Below, one piece after another: positions 1 to 12,391 of a stretch of DNA of 64,000 nt. Each line of letters opens with the position of its first letter. Positions within the stretch are counted from its first letter, which is position 1. Under the pieces are notes generated by a model that saw only the letters and a list, made by a program, of their open reading frames with translations, was not told the DNA's origin and ran no database searches. The stretch is taken from contig NC_087251.1 of the NCBI RefSeq assembly GCF_037042905.1, positions 20,276,001-20,340,000 on the forward strand, given 5' to 3'. The translations under genes were made by a program, and so were the position numbers. The stretch comes from Lytechinus pictus (lineage: Eukaryota).

Positions 1-837
1 ATTTGACCTTGATCATGCCACCTAAGACTTGTTAGTGATACTTGATTACCCCTATATCCACATTTTATAAACTATATCTATAAACTGTGAAAGTTATGAC
101 AGCAATCTAATAATTACCTCCAAAATGGCCAAAATTTAATGACCTTAAATGACCTTTGACTTTGGTCATGTAACCTGAAACTCACATGAGAGGTTTAGTT
201 ACACTTGATTACTCTCATGTCCAAGTTTTATGAACTAGACCAACACACTTACAGAATTATGATGGTAATTCAACATATACCCCAAACATGGCCAAAGTTC
301 ATTGACCTATGACCTTGGTCATGTGACCTGAAAATCACACAGGATGTTCAGTAATACTTTATTACTCTTATGTCCAAGTTTCATTTATCGGATCCATGAA
401 GTTTGAATGTTATGATGGTAATTCACCAGATACCCCCAACTTGGCCAAAGTTCATTGACCCTAAATGACCTTTGACCTTGATCATGTGACCTGAAACTCG
501 CACAGGATGTTCAGTGATACTTGATCACTCTTATGTCCAAGTTTCATTTATCGGATCCATTAAGTTTGAATGTTATGATGGTAATTCACCAGATACCCCC
601 AACTTGGCCAAAGTTCATTGACCCTAAATGACCTTTGACCTTGATCATGTGACATGAAACTCAGGCGGGATGTTCAGTTATACCTTACGTCCAAATTTTC
701 ATGAACTAGGTCCATATATTCTAAGTTATGCTGTCATTTCAAAAACTTAACTTCCGGTTAAGATTTGGTGTTGACGCCGCCGCCGTCGGAAAAGCGGCGC
801 CTATAGTCTCACTCTGCTTCGCAGGTGAGACAAAAAC
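1..837 (+). mobile_element. HINE/DINE-like (non-autonomous Helentron-type) element, family A, 3' part with 163-bp tandem repeats
   Basis: 163-bp units containing tgacctttgacc; ends in gacgccgccgccgtcggaaaagcggcgcc plus hairpin gtctcactctgc..gcaggtgagac and an A-run; same end as copies at 2265, 6775, 7050 and 23617. Confidence 0.7.
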
Positions 838-2266
838 TTATCATTGGTTAAGATTTAAATGTTCATACACAAAACATGGTCAAAGTTCATTGAGCCTAAT
901 TGACCTTTGACCTTGATCATGTACAGTGGCGTACCGTGGGTCACGGCATTGGGGGGGGGGGCACCAGCAAAAATTTGAGTCACTTAGTGAGCGTGCGAAG
1001 CGCGAGCTGAAATTTTTTTTATATTCAGACCTAAAAAGGGACATTATGATATTTTTTTTGTAATCATGATATTTACCTGTCTCGCTAAACAATGTGAGCG
1101 CGAAGCGCGAGCTGAAATTTTTGTATGATATATTGACCCCAAACAGGGAGATTTTAAGGACTATATTTTAGGAATCCATGAAGAGTATACAACATATCTC
1201 ACCATAGTCATCTAATGCGAGTACCAAGAGCTTGCTGATTTTGTTATAATTACATCTAAACTCATGAAGCACTTGTATTCATTGTAATCATAAATAACAT
1301 ACGCACCTCACTAATCAAATATTGCGAGCGCGAAGCGCGAGCCAAAAATTTAGAAAATTCAGTCCTAAAGAGGGGCATTTTAAGGCTTGTTTGTAGGAAT
1401 TCATGAATTCACTATCCAAATGATGCGAGCGCGAAGCGCGAGCTAAAATTTTTGTATATATTGACCCCCAACAGGAATATTTTAAGCACAAATTTTTAAG
1501 GAATCCATTAAGTGTATACATATCCCACCATAGTCATGTAATGCGAGTGCCAAGCGCTTGCTGATTTTTTTAAATTACATTTGAACACATGAAGCACTTT
1601 TTGTTAGTAGTCATTGTAATCATGATTATCATACGCATCTCACTAATCAAATATTGCGAGCGCGAAGCGCGAGCTGAAAATTTAAATGATTCAGACCTGA
1701 AATGGGGCATTCTAAGGCTTGTTTGTAGGAATTCACTATATAAGACCATACGTATTTCACTAACCAAAAGATGCGAGCAACAGGATTATATATCTCATTA
1801 AATAGACAATGCGAGCACCAGGAACAATGAAGACATAGGCCCTGAGCAAATTATGTTTCATAAAGTTATGATAAAAATGTTTCTAAAGAATATAACATAA
1901 CATAATTATGATCTAATATAACATTATAATGAATAATAATTTCTTCTTTCCCACTACGTTTCTCTTCCTTTCTCCCTCTTTTTCTCCTTTCCCCGTTTTT
2001 TTTGGTCAGCCGATTTGGGGGGGGGGGGGGGACGTGCCCCCCCATGCCCCCCGTAGTTACGCCACTGATCATGTGATCTGCAACCCGTGCAAGATGATAT
2101 TATGGTAAGTGATACTTGATTACCCTAAACCCTAAAGTTTCATGAACTAAGTGCTGATGACAGTTCAATAACTTGGTTAAGATTTAAATGTGGACGCCGC
2201 CGTCGCGACGCGTCGTCGGAAAAGCGGCTCCTGTATAATCTCGCTCTACTATGCAGGCGAGACAGA
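838..2266 (+). mobile_element. Second family-A 3' end in tandem, interrupted by a hAT-like insertion
   Basis: Partial 163-bp unit at 845-923 resumes at 2068 and ends atgcaggcgagac at about 2263. Confidence 0.6.
924..2067. mobile_element. Non-autonomous TIR element (hAT-like) with internal gcgcgaagcgcgagc repeats
   Basis: Termini cagtggcgta..tacgccactg; 8-bp TSD atcatgta/atcatgtg; internal repeats of roughly 110-120 bp. Confidence 0.75.
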
Positions 2267-3104
2267 AATGAGAAGCAAAAGAAAAGTTTCACTGCAAGAA
2301 GAAGGGGGCTTGGCAGGAAAAAAAATGACAAGCAAAAAGAGAGAAAAAAGGTAACGTTCATTAATCTCCGTTATTTTTAGTTTCTTTCTTTCCTTGTCTT
2401 TCTTTCTTTCTTTCTTTCTTTCTTCCTTCCTCTCTCTTTTTTTCTTCTTTCTTTTTTTCCTCCTTCCTTCCTTCGTTCCTTCCTTCCTTCTTTTTTTTTG
2501 CTTATCAACCTGATTTTCAGGGGGTGGTACCTATGTTAAATAATATACGCAGCACCTCCTTTTCCCCCAAGTCCATGGGCAGATGGGGGTGGCTTTGAAT
2601 TCTGCCCCTAATTTTTTTTAATAAACGGGTACAAACACGTAAAAAATGCCATCTGTTTAAGCCTTTTTTCTAGCAAGATTAGCCCCCTCCCTCCCCCACT
2701 TTAAAAACCATTTCGTTGTCTATGGAGGACTAGGATGATTTTGGTAGGCCTATATAATTCTTGCACAATATGACTTTGGTACCGGTTTTGAATAAATTAC
2801 ACAAATTATGGTCATGTGCATATTATTTTACATGGATCTTTGAAGTTCACCAATTTGAGAGTCTGGTAAAATGGCAGAATCGAGAGATTTTGGCCTCCAT
2901 TAAAGAAATAACAACTAAAGTTTAAATCCCCTTTCATCGTCAAAACTTGTTTTAAAAACACCTGGCACCAAATGGAAAACCTCAAGCTTCTACTTCGGAA
3001 AGAAACTGGAATCAAATTAAGAGAAATAATGGGACAAATCCAAGCAGTGCATGGCGTGGCTGGATTAAGATCCAAATCCACCTGCGTGCGAGTTGTGGAT
3101 ATAT

Positions 3105-3514
3105 TAAATTCAGCCATTTACTTTTTAAATGTCATCTTACTATAATTTGACAGTCCCTGTCAAAGTTTATATTTTAATCTTTAATTATCTGCACCTGAGT
3201 TTAATCAAAGTAAATCCATTATAGGCCCATCTGTAAACGCGTTCGTCACTGTCATCACAAAAATAATTAAGATACATTACTTTTTCTCCTTCGTAATCTT
3301 GTAAGTAAATTCAGCCATTTACTTTTTAAATGTCATCTTACTATAATGACTATAATTTGACAGTCCCTGTCAAAGTTTATATTTTTAATCTATAATTATC
3401 TGCACCTGAGTTTAATCAAAGTAAATCCATTATAAGCCCATCTGTAAACGCGTTCGTCACTATCATCACAAAAATAATGAATTTACATTACTTTTTCTCC
3501 TTCGTAATCTTGTG
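3105..3514. repeat. Tandem duplication of about 200 bp
   Basis: taaattcagccatttac...cttcgtaatcttgt occurs at about 3105-3303 and 3307-3513 with few differences. Confidence 0.85.
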
Positions 3515-5208
3515 AGTCCTGAACTGGTATACCCTAAATGAATAGAGATTAAATAAATCCTTTATCTGCTATTCCCATTCTTGAATATCGCAAAGGTTAA
3601 TGGCATTATTCGTGTTACTTAATATTCCCTTAGTAGAATAACCAACTAATCGCAGATTATTTCCAGGATAAGCATATCACATGCACCTAATCTATTAATA
3701 ATTATTGACACACATAAAAAACCGGCAGCCTTTATTACTTCGGGATATGATATGAATGAGTAAATTGCACACCCGCCACCTGAGACACTTCTCATGAATA
3801 TTGTAGTTTCTAGAAATTACCATTAAATGAAATGAAAAGTTCTTATTTCGGATATTTCGTCAATTAAATTGAATAAAAATCAATTTCTTTCTTTTTTCAT
3901 TCCTTTCTTTATTTCTTTCTTTCTTCCTTCCTTCCTTTTTTCTTTCTTTCTTTCTTTCTTTCTTTCTTTCCATCTTTCACGATTTACAAAATATATGAAT
4001 GTATATAGCAGATGACATTCAACACTTAGAAAAATCAATATGAATGAAGGGCTTAAAAGATTTTTTTTTCTTTCATACTTTTTACTTAATTATTCATCTT
4101 CTTCGCCTTCTACCTTTTCTAAATATCCTTTCTTCGTTCTTTCTTTCTTTGCTTCTTTCTTTCATTCATTCATTCATCCATTCATTCATTTTCTTCGTCT
4201 TTCGTCTTTTCCCTATCCTCTTCGTTTTTTTCTTGTTCTTATGAATTTCCTTTTTTTTCCTTTCTTTCTTTCTTTCTTCGTTTTTTACTAAACTACTACT
4301 ACTACTAGTAGTCTACTACTACTACTACTACTACTTCTACCCCTTCTCTTTTTTCTTCTTGTTTTTCTTCTTCTTCTTTACCCTCTAACATTCTTGACTG
4401 TTAATCACAGGAGATGTCTATACGAATCTATAAACGTTGTGTAAAGTGGTCCAGAATATTTAGGGTGGTTGGTCTTGGGGAAACACTCATGAACTTTTGG
4501 CTCGTCAATGTCGACAGTGTGACTACATGTTCACAGCGTGTTCACGTAGACTACTTGAAATGTGATTCACACTGTTGAAATGTTCATTTCACAACGTGTT
4601 CCACACTGAACACAGAGTGGGACACCAGGCAATCCTTACTGAGTGAGAACTAATGAATACACGGAAGAATTTGATTTCTTGGCATTATTGTTCTCTAAAC
4701 AGAGGATGGAAATATTATTGTTCTCGTATAGGTAGGAATGAGTTATTGTCAATTAGGATCTATGAAGAACTACGTACGGGTGGTATTCTGATCATCAAAT
4801 CTATGGGGTAAAACCTAAAATAAAATTTCAGATCACGCTTCTTTGGAATGCTGGATATCATACTTCTTCCGCATTCCTGGCAAATATTATGATAGATCAG
4901 TTTTTGTTGCAGGATTAGAATAGTTTTTATTTGGTGAATGATTTGGCAAGGCGGCACCCCATGAAAGTGTGGTCTTCGGTTACGCCAGTGTTAAACAAAC
5001 CTCCATTAACTATCAGATAGGCCCCATATATGATTTGGATCTTGGACTGTGCATGCTGTTCAAAGTGGCCTTGCATGGTATCCGCTTGGTATAAGGGTTT
5101 TAAATATATCCAACTTAAAAGTTAATCGAAACAAGTGGAACCCCTCTGACAGACTCGCCTGCATTATGCAATTCGATATAGCTGACTTTGAATACAAGAA
5201 CATTTCAA

Positions 5209-5247
<39 letters not shown>

Positions 5248-5409
5248 GATGGGAATTCATTTGATAATAAATCCTAAGTTCGCTGACCTCGATTGACCTT
5301 GAATTTTTTCTTTTCTTTTCACAACATTTGTATAGGCTTCAAGGAGTAAGGGAATAATTAGATGTGAATTTTGAAATCACTAGCTGGCGTAATTCCTTGG
5401 TTACACCTA

Positions 5410-5807
5410 TGACGGTTTCCGATTCGTCGAATGCCAATTCATTCAATTGCCAACTCGTCTACTATCATTTGGTCTACCATCAGTTCGTCCACTCATCACA
5501 TGGTCTACTTTCATTTAGTCTAATGCCATTCCGTCTAATAACCAGTTGGTCCAATAGCCATTTAGTCAATTTACCATTCGGTCTAAGTGGACTAAGTGTT
5601 AAATTTTGAAAAATTAATGAAAAGAAGATGGGTATTAGACCAATTGGTTATTAGACGAAATGGTCATAGACGAACAGGTGTTTAGACGAAGTGATTATTG
5701 GACCAAATGGTTGATAGACGAAATGTTGATGGACGGAATGGCATTAGACTAAATGAAGGTAGACCATGTGGTACGAGTTGGCAGTAGACGAATTGGCAAT
5801 TTACCAT
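5410..5807. mobile_element. Foldback MITE built of ~20-bp modules
   Basis: Left half repeats (t)cgtcta/ggtcta; right half repeats tagacg/tagacc; aattgccaactcgtctact pairs with agtagacgaattggcaatt. Confidence 0.7.
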
Positions 5808-5997
5808 TGCAATGTGCAGGGGTGGGTGGAACAATAGATCACCGCCCTGAACAATAGGTGTGACGCAATGATTTACGCCAGTGTTTGAAATTGACCTTGT
5901 CCTAGTGGCCTGAAATTATATCCACCTGTTTGCCAATAAACGATGTACGTTTCAGTGACCCAGGGCTTATACTTTCAAAAAAATATCTTGAAAATTA

Positions 5998-7050
5998 ACA
6001 AGTGGAGCGCCTCTGGCAGTCTCGCCTGCATTACGCGAAGCAACAGTGCTGACTTTGAAAACGACTATAATCATTCACGAAAATCACCATTCATATGATG
6101 AATAAAATACTATGTTCATTGACCCTTAATGACATTTAACCTTGATCGTGTGACCGAACTTCCAAAGTTATGATGGCAATTCAACAAATACCCCCAAACA
6201 CGGCCAAAGTTTATTGACCTTGGTCATGTGACCTGATACTCGCGCAAGATGTTCAATGATGCTTAATTACTCTTATATAGAAGTTTTATGAACTAGATCC
6301 ATATACTTTCAGTTATTATATTTGAAAAACTTAACCTTGGTTAAGATTTGGTTTTGATTCCCCCAAATAATCTAACTTCGTTGACCCTAATTGACCTTGG
6401 TCATGTGACCTGACACTCACAAAGGATGTTCAGTGATACTTGGATTACTTTAATGTCCAAGTTTCATGAACCAGATCCATAAACTTTCAACGTTATGATG
6501 GAAATCAACAAATACCCCCAACATGGCCAAAGTTAATTTACCCTAAATGACCTTTGACCTTGATCATGTGACTTGAAACTCAGGCAGGATATTAAGTAAT
6601 ACTTGATTACCCTTATGTTTAAGTTTTATGAACTAGGTCCATATACTTTTTAAATTATGATGACATTTCAAAAACTTGATCTTTGGTTAAGATTTAATGT
6701 TGACGACGCCGCCGCCGCTGTCGTTGGAAAAGCGGCACTTACAGTCTCGCTCTGCTATGCAGGCCAGACAAAAAGCGAAATCTTGGTAAAGTTTTTGATG
6801 TTGATGTCATAACATGGTCAAAGTTTGTTGACCTGACCTTTGGCCTTGTGATCTGGAAATCACAGCAAATGATCAGTAATACTTGAATACCCTTATGTAC
6901 AAATTTCCCGAAATAAATCCTTATACTTATCAGGACATTAAAAAAAGTTAAGATTTCAATGTTGACGACAGAACAATCGCCACCGTCGTCGGAAAAGGAG
7001 CGCCTGTATGTCTTGCTCCGCTTTTGCCAATATGCAGGCGAGAGAAAAAA
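5998..7050 (+). mobile_element. HINE-like family A, full copy (5998-6775) followed by an extra 3' end (to ~7050)
   Basis: 5' aacaagtggagcgcctctggcagtctcgcctgcat; subterminal inverted partner atgcaggc(c/g)aga at 6757 and 7032; internal ~160-bp repeats. Confidence 0.72.
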
Positions 7051-8129
7051 AAATCACTTAAGATTGTTTAAAATGTCAGTTTATATGAAATACATATATA
7101 GATCTATTTCCCCCTATAATCCCATAAGACTCCGAGCGATTTATTTCAGATGTATATAACGATGAAATACATATAGATCTATTTCCTCCTATAATCCTAC
7201 AAGACACAGAGCGATTAAGCATATTCACCTTTCCAATTTCCCTTCTGGAATTGATTTAAAACGACTTCAAATCTCATTTCTTCTTAAATCGTCACAATTG
7301 GTTCAAGATTGATTGCTTGTTTTCCTATACAAATCCATAGATAACTACTTCAAGACAGTCTTGTATTTAAACAATATCAAAAGATAATTGTTTGAAAAAT
7401 GAAGATGAATTTTACTGGACTTTTTTTTCAAGCAACCGCAAGTCGCTGTTGTGTTTCTCCTTTTTTTTTTAACTAGCATTTTGAATGACTGCTGGATTTA
7501 TCAGGTTATTCAGTTTTTTCCAGACATACAAAAGGGAAGAAGAAAAATGACTTTATCACTCGGTTTCAACAAAACCGAGTGAAAACTCTTATTTCCCAAT
7601 CTATCGCGAATATCGTTTTACGGTACACCATGTGTAAAGTCCTGGAAAGGACAAAAAAAAAGTGGAGAGAGTGGAAGTAGAGTATCTTTCGGAAATAAGT
7701 GTAGTTCTTAATAGGAGTGTAAACCAGAAGAGCGAAAAACCTTGAGAAATGTGCAGGAAGAGAGGCTTGAGTAGAATGCGGGTATGACTTGAAGAGGTGG
7801 GAAAAGTGAGAGCTGAGAGAAGCTGGCTCGAGTCGGCGAGTGGAGTTGCAGAGCAAGAGAAGACTCCACGTTCTCGGCAGGTTCACTTTCCGTCCAACTC
7901 AAGACAGCTTCTCTTAATTTACTCAAACCTATCTCGCCTCTCCAACTCATACCAGCCTTCTACTCAAGCCTCTCATCCTGCCTACTTCTCAAGGTTCTCC
8001 ACTCTTTTCTGGTTTCTTCCGAAAGGGCCCCCTCACACCTAACCGAATTGCCTTAAATATGCCTTGCGATGGCTGGCGAAAGGCATTTTTTTGTAAAAAA
8101 TCGCTTTCAATGAAACTGAGAGTAATACC

Positions 8130-11100
8130 ACGGTCACATTTGTTCTACGGCGGCCGTACGGCGAGTCGAAAACAGCCGTCTTATTCATTTTTGCTAAAAC
8201 CACCTACATGTAGCTGGTACAAACAAATGTTAAAACGGCTGTTTTCTATGAGGCGCCGAATGTACCAATATTATATAGAACAATTATTTGTTATATAATC
8301 ATTATTTATTAAATAATAACTATTATTTATATATAATTTACATTTTATTTGTAAATAACTACTATTATATAAAATATCATTTCTAATTATTTATATATAA
8401 TTCCAAGTAATACTTCATTATTTGTAAATAATAATAGTTCGACATTCCATTATTTATAAATAATGATTATTTGTTTTTCATTATTTATAAATAATGATTA
8501 TTTGTTCTCATTATTTATAAATAATGATTATTTGTTTTTCATTATTTACAAATAATGATTATTTGTTTTTCATTATTTATAAATAATGATTATTTGTTTT
8601 TCATTATTTATAAATAATGATTATTTGTTTTTCATTATTTACAAATAATGATTATTTGTTTTTCATTATTTATAAATAATGATTATTTGTTTTTCATTAT
8701 TTATAAATAATGATAATTGGTTTTTCATTATTTATAAATAATGATTATTTGTTTTTCATTATTTACAAATAATGATTATTTGTTTTTCATTATTTATAAA
8801 TAATGATTATTTGTTTTTCATTATTTATAAATAATTTGTTGAGTTTTCCATTATTTATAAATAATGATTATTTGTTAAATAATGAAAACGTCTACTTCAT
8901 TATTTATAAATAATTTTTTCGAGTGCACCATTATTCTCATTATTTATAAATAATCATTATTTAATGTTCGAGTTTTCCATTATTTATAAATAAAGATTAT
9001 TTGTTAAATAATGAAATATCTACTTCATTATCTATAAATAATAATTTTGTTTCAATATCCCATTAATCATTATTTATAAACAATTGTTACAGTTTGCCAT
9101 TATATACAAATAATCATTATTTATATACAAATAACCATTATTTATTAAATAATGCCATTATTTATTAAATAATGCCATTATTTATTAAATAATGCCATTA
9201 TTTATTAAATAATGGAAAACTCGCTATAACATGCAAATGTGGGACCGCCCATGATATGAATATTCATGATGCGATTTCCTTTTTCGTGATTTTTCTTCAC
9301 AAATTTTTGTCCATTTCCTCTTCATAATGACATTTCTTGAAGCAATTTTCTAGGGATATGGTCTGATTGTAATATTCTTCATTTTCTATATAACTTCGTC
9401 TTCGTAGAAATATCAAAAAGTGTAATTTTATACGATTTTTCCTACAGTTCACAATCCCCATAGGCGCGCGTGTACGGTAGGGACAACCGGTGAATCGACG
9501 GAGTGCTCTTCATCGAAATACTACGTTGGTTGGTCCCCGGAAGTGGCGGGCGGAATTTAGCCCGAATCCTCGATGGAAGTCGATCAAGTGCATATGAGCT
9601 GAGAGAGTGAAATATCAGTGTACTTGTACAGGCCCTTCTACTTTTTATAAATATTTCTTGTTGCTTTTTTTGTTAAGTTAATTTTTCCTGGTGTAGAGAT
9701 AAGTTTCAGTTCTAATAATGCACTTCAAATAAATTTTGGAGTGTCTGTTTGAGGCGTTTGGGGCGATTTCACCCTGGCCCCAAAATGCTCGCAACGACAA
9801 TACGGGGGCATGATGACCCCTAAATTTTTAAAAACTTATTTTTCTATTGAAAATTATCTCAAAATTCACCAAAAGTGTGCACGAAAGCCTTCGTATTTCA
9901 CTTTTAAAACTCCAAAAAGTGCCCAAATGACAAGCTTGGTCGCTTCGCTGTGTCACATTCAACTTGAGAACGTTTACGCGTCTGCTTCGATATATCCCCC
10001 CCCCCCTCCTCCGAAAGAAATTCTGTATACGGCCATGCTCTAAAGAGCCTGGCACATTGATTTATGTATACTTTCATTTTCATTATTTTTATCTCATTAT
10101 CAACATGGCCTTACGCAGAATTTTTTCCAGGGGGGCCGGGGCCGGAGCATGACGCGCGTAAACTTTCTCAAAAAAATCTTGAAAGCGAGACAGCCACGGG
10201 ACCAAGCCCAAATGACAAGCTTGGTCGCTTCGCTGTCTCGCTTTCAACTTGAGAACGTTTACGCGCGTCTGCCCCCACCCCCCGAAAGAAATTCTGTGAA
10301 CGGCCATGCTCAAAAGAGCATATGGCACATTGATTTATATGTACTTTTCATTTTCATTATTTTTTATCATCATGGCCTTACACAGAATTTTTACCGGGGG
10401 GGGGGGGGAGCAGCTAGGACGCGCGTAAAGTTTCTCAAAAAAATCTTGAAAGCGAGACAGCGACGCGACCAAGCTCAAATGACAAGCTTGGTCGCTTCGC
10501 TTTTTCAAGATTTTTATGAGAAAGTTTACGCGCGTCCTGCTCCCCCCACCCCCCCCCCCGGAAAAAATTCTGCGTAAGGCCATGATGATAATGAGATAAA
10601 AATAATGAAAATGAAGTATACATAAATCAATGTACCAGGCTCTTTAGAGCATGGCCGTATACATAATTTCTTTCGGAGGAGGGGGGCCCGCGCCGGGGGG
10701 GAAGCAGACGCGTAAACGTTCTCAAGTTGAAAGCGACACAGCCAAGCGACCAAGCTTGTCATTTGGGCACTTTTTGGAGTTTTAAAAGTGAAATACGAAG
10801 GCTTTCGTGCACACTTTTGGTGAATTTTGTGATAATTTTATAGAAAAATAAGTTTTTAAAAATTTAGGGGTCATCATGCCCCCGTATTGTCGTTGCGAGC
10901 ATTTTGGGGCCAGGGTGAAATCGCCCCAAACGCCTCAAACAGACACTCCAAAATGTATTTGAAGTGCATTATTAGAACTGAAACTTATCTCTACACCAGG
11001 AAAAATTAACTTAACAAAAAAAGCAACAAGAAATATTTATAAAAAGTAGAAGGGCCTGTACAAGTACACTGATATTTCACTCTCTCAGCTCATATGCACT

Positions 11101-12391
11101 TGATCGACTTCCATCGAGGATTCGGGCTAAATTCCGCCCGCCACTTCCGGGGACCAACCAACGTAGTATTTCGATGAAGAGCACTCCGTCGATTCACCGG
11201 TTGTCCCTACCGTACACGCGCGCCTATGGGGATTGTGAACTGTAGGAAAAATCGTATAAAATTACACTTTTTGATATTTCTACGAAGACGAAGTTATATA
11301 GAAAATGAAGAATATTACAATCAGACCATATCCCTAGAAAATTGCTTCAAGAAATGTCATTATGAAGAGGAAATGGACAAAAATTTGTGAAGAAAAATCA
11401 CGAAAAAGGAAATCGCATCATGAATATTCATATCATGGGCGGTCCCACATTTGCATGTTATAGCGAGTTTTCCATTATTTAATAAATAATGGCATTATTT
11501 AATAAATAATGGCATTATTTAATAAATAATGGCATTATTTAATAAATAATGGTTATTTGTATATAAATAATGATTATTTGTATATAATGGCAAACTGTAA
11601 CAATTGTTTATAAATAATGATTAATGGGATATTGAAACAAAATTATTATTTATAAATAATGAAGTAGATATTTCATTATTTAACAAATAATCTTTATTTA
11701 TAAATAATGGAAAACTCGAACATTAAATAATGATTATTTATAAATAATGAGAATAATGGTGCACTCGAAAAAATTATTTATAAATAATGAAGTAGACGTT
11801 TTCATTATTTAACAAATAATCATTATTTATAAATAATGGAAAACTCAACAAATTATTTATAAATAATGAAAAACAAATAATCATTATTTATAAATAATGA
11901 AAAACAAATAATCATTATTTGTAAATAATGAAAAACAAATAATCATTATTTATAAATAATGAAAAACCAATTATCATTATTTATAAATAATGAAAAACAA
12001 ATAATCATTATTTATAAATAATGAAAAACAAATAATCATTATTTGTAAATAATGAAAAACAAATAATCATTATTTATAAATAATGAAAAACAAATAATCA
12101 TTATTTATAAATAATGAAAAACAAATAATCATTATTTATAAATAATGGAATGTCGAACTATTATTATTTACAAATAATGAAGTATTACTTGGAATTATAT
12201 ATAAATAATTAGAAATGATATTTTATATAATAGTAGTTATTTACAAATAAAATGTAAATTATATATAAATAATAGTTATTATTTAATAAATAATGATTAT
12301 ATAACAAATAATTGTTCTATATAATATTGGTACATTCGGCGCCTCATAGTTTTCGACTCGCCGTACTGCCGCCGTAGAGCAAATATGACCA
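8130..12391. mobile_element. Small palindromic MITE split by the 4.1-kb foldback
   Basis: ggtcacatttgttctacggcggccgtacggcgagtcgaaaac (8132-8173) is the inverse of gttttcgactcgccgtactgccgccgtagagcaaatatgacc (12349-12390). Confidence 0.75.
8247..12348. mobile_element. 4.1-kb non-coding foldback transposon with ~1.9-kb TIRs
   Basis: Termini tatgaggcgccgaatg..cattcggcgcctcata; 6-bp TSD gttttc; arms about 8247-10185 and 10500-12348 are near-identical inverted copies. Confidence 0.9.

Noticed and set aside
2812..3117. 101-aa ORF, possible LINE or gene remnant
   Set aside because: No motif I can identify with confidence; would need a BLASTX search.
4500..5960. Possible promoter/enhancer (paired aacaatag/attgttc Sox-like sites, donor-like gtagga)
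   Set aside because: Short motifs expected by chance in AT-rich DNA, and no linked exon found.
8450..8830. CRISPR-like array of ~30-bp repeats
   Set aside because: Units are contiguous with no unique spacers, there are no cas genes, and the context is eukaryotic; it is the outer domain of a foldback TIR.
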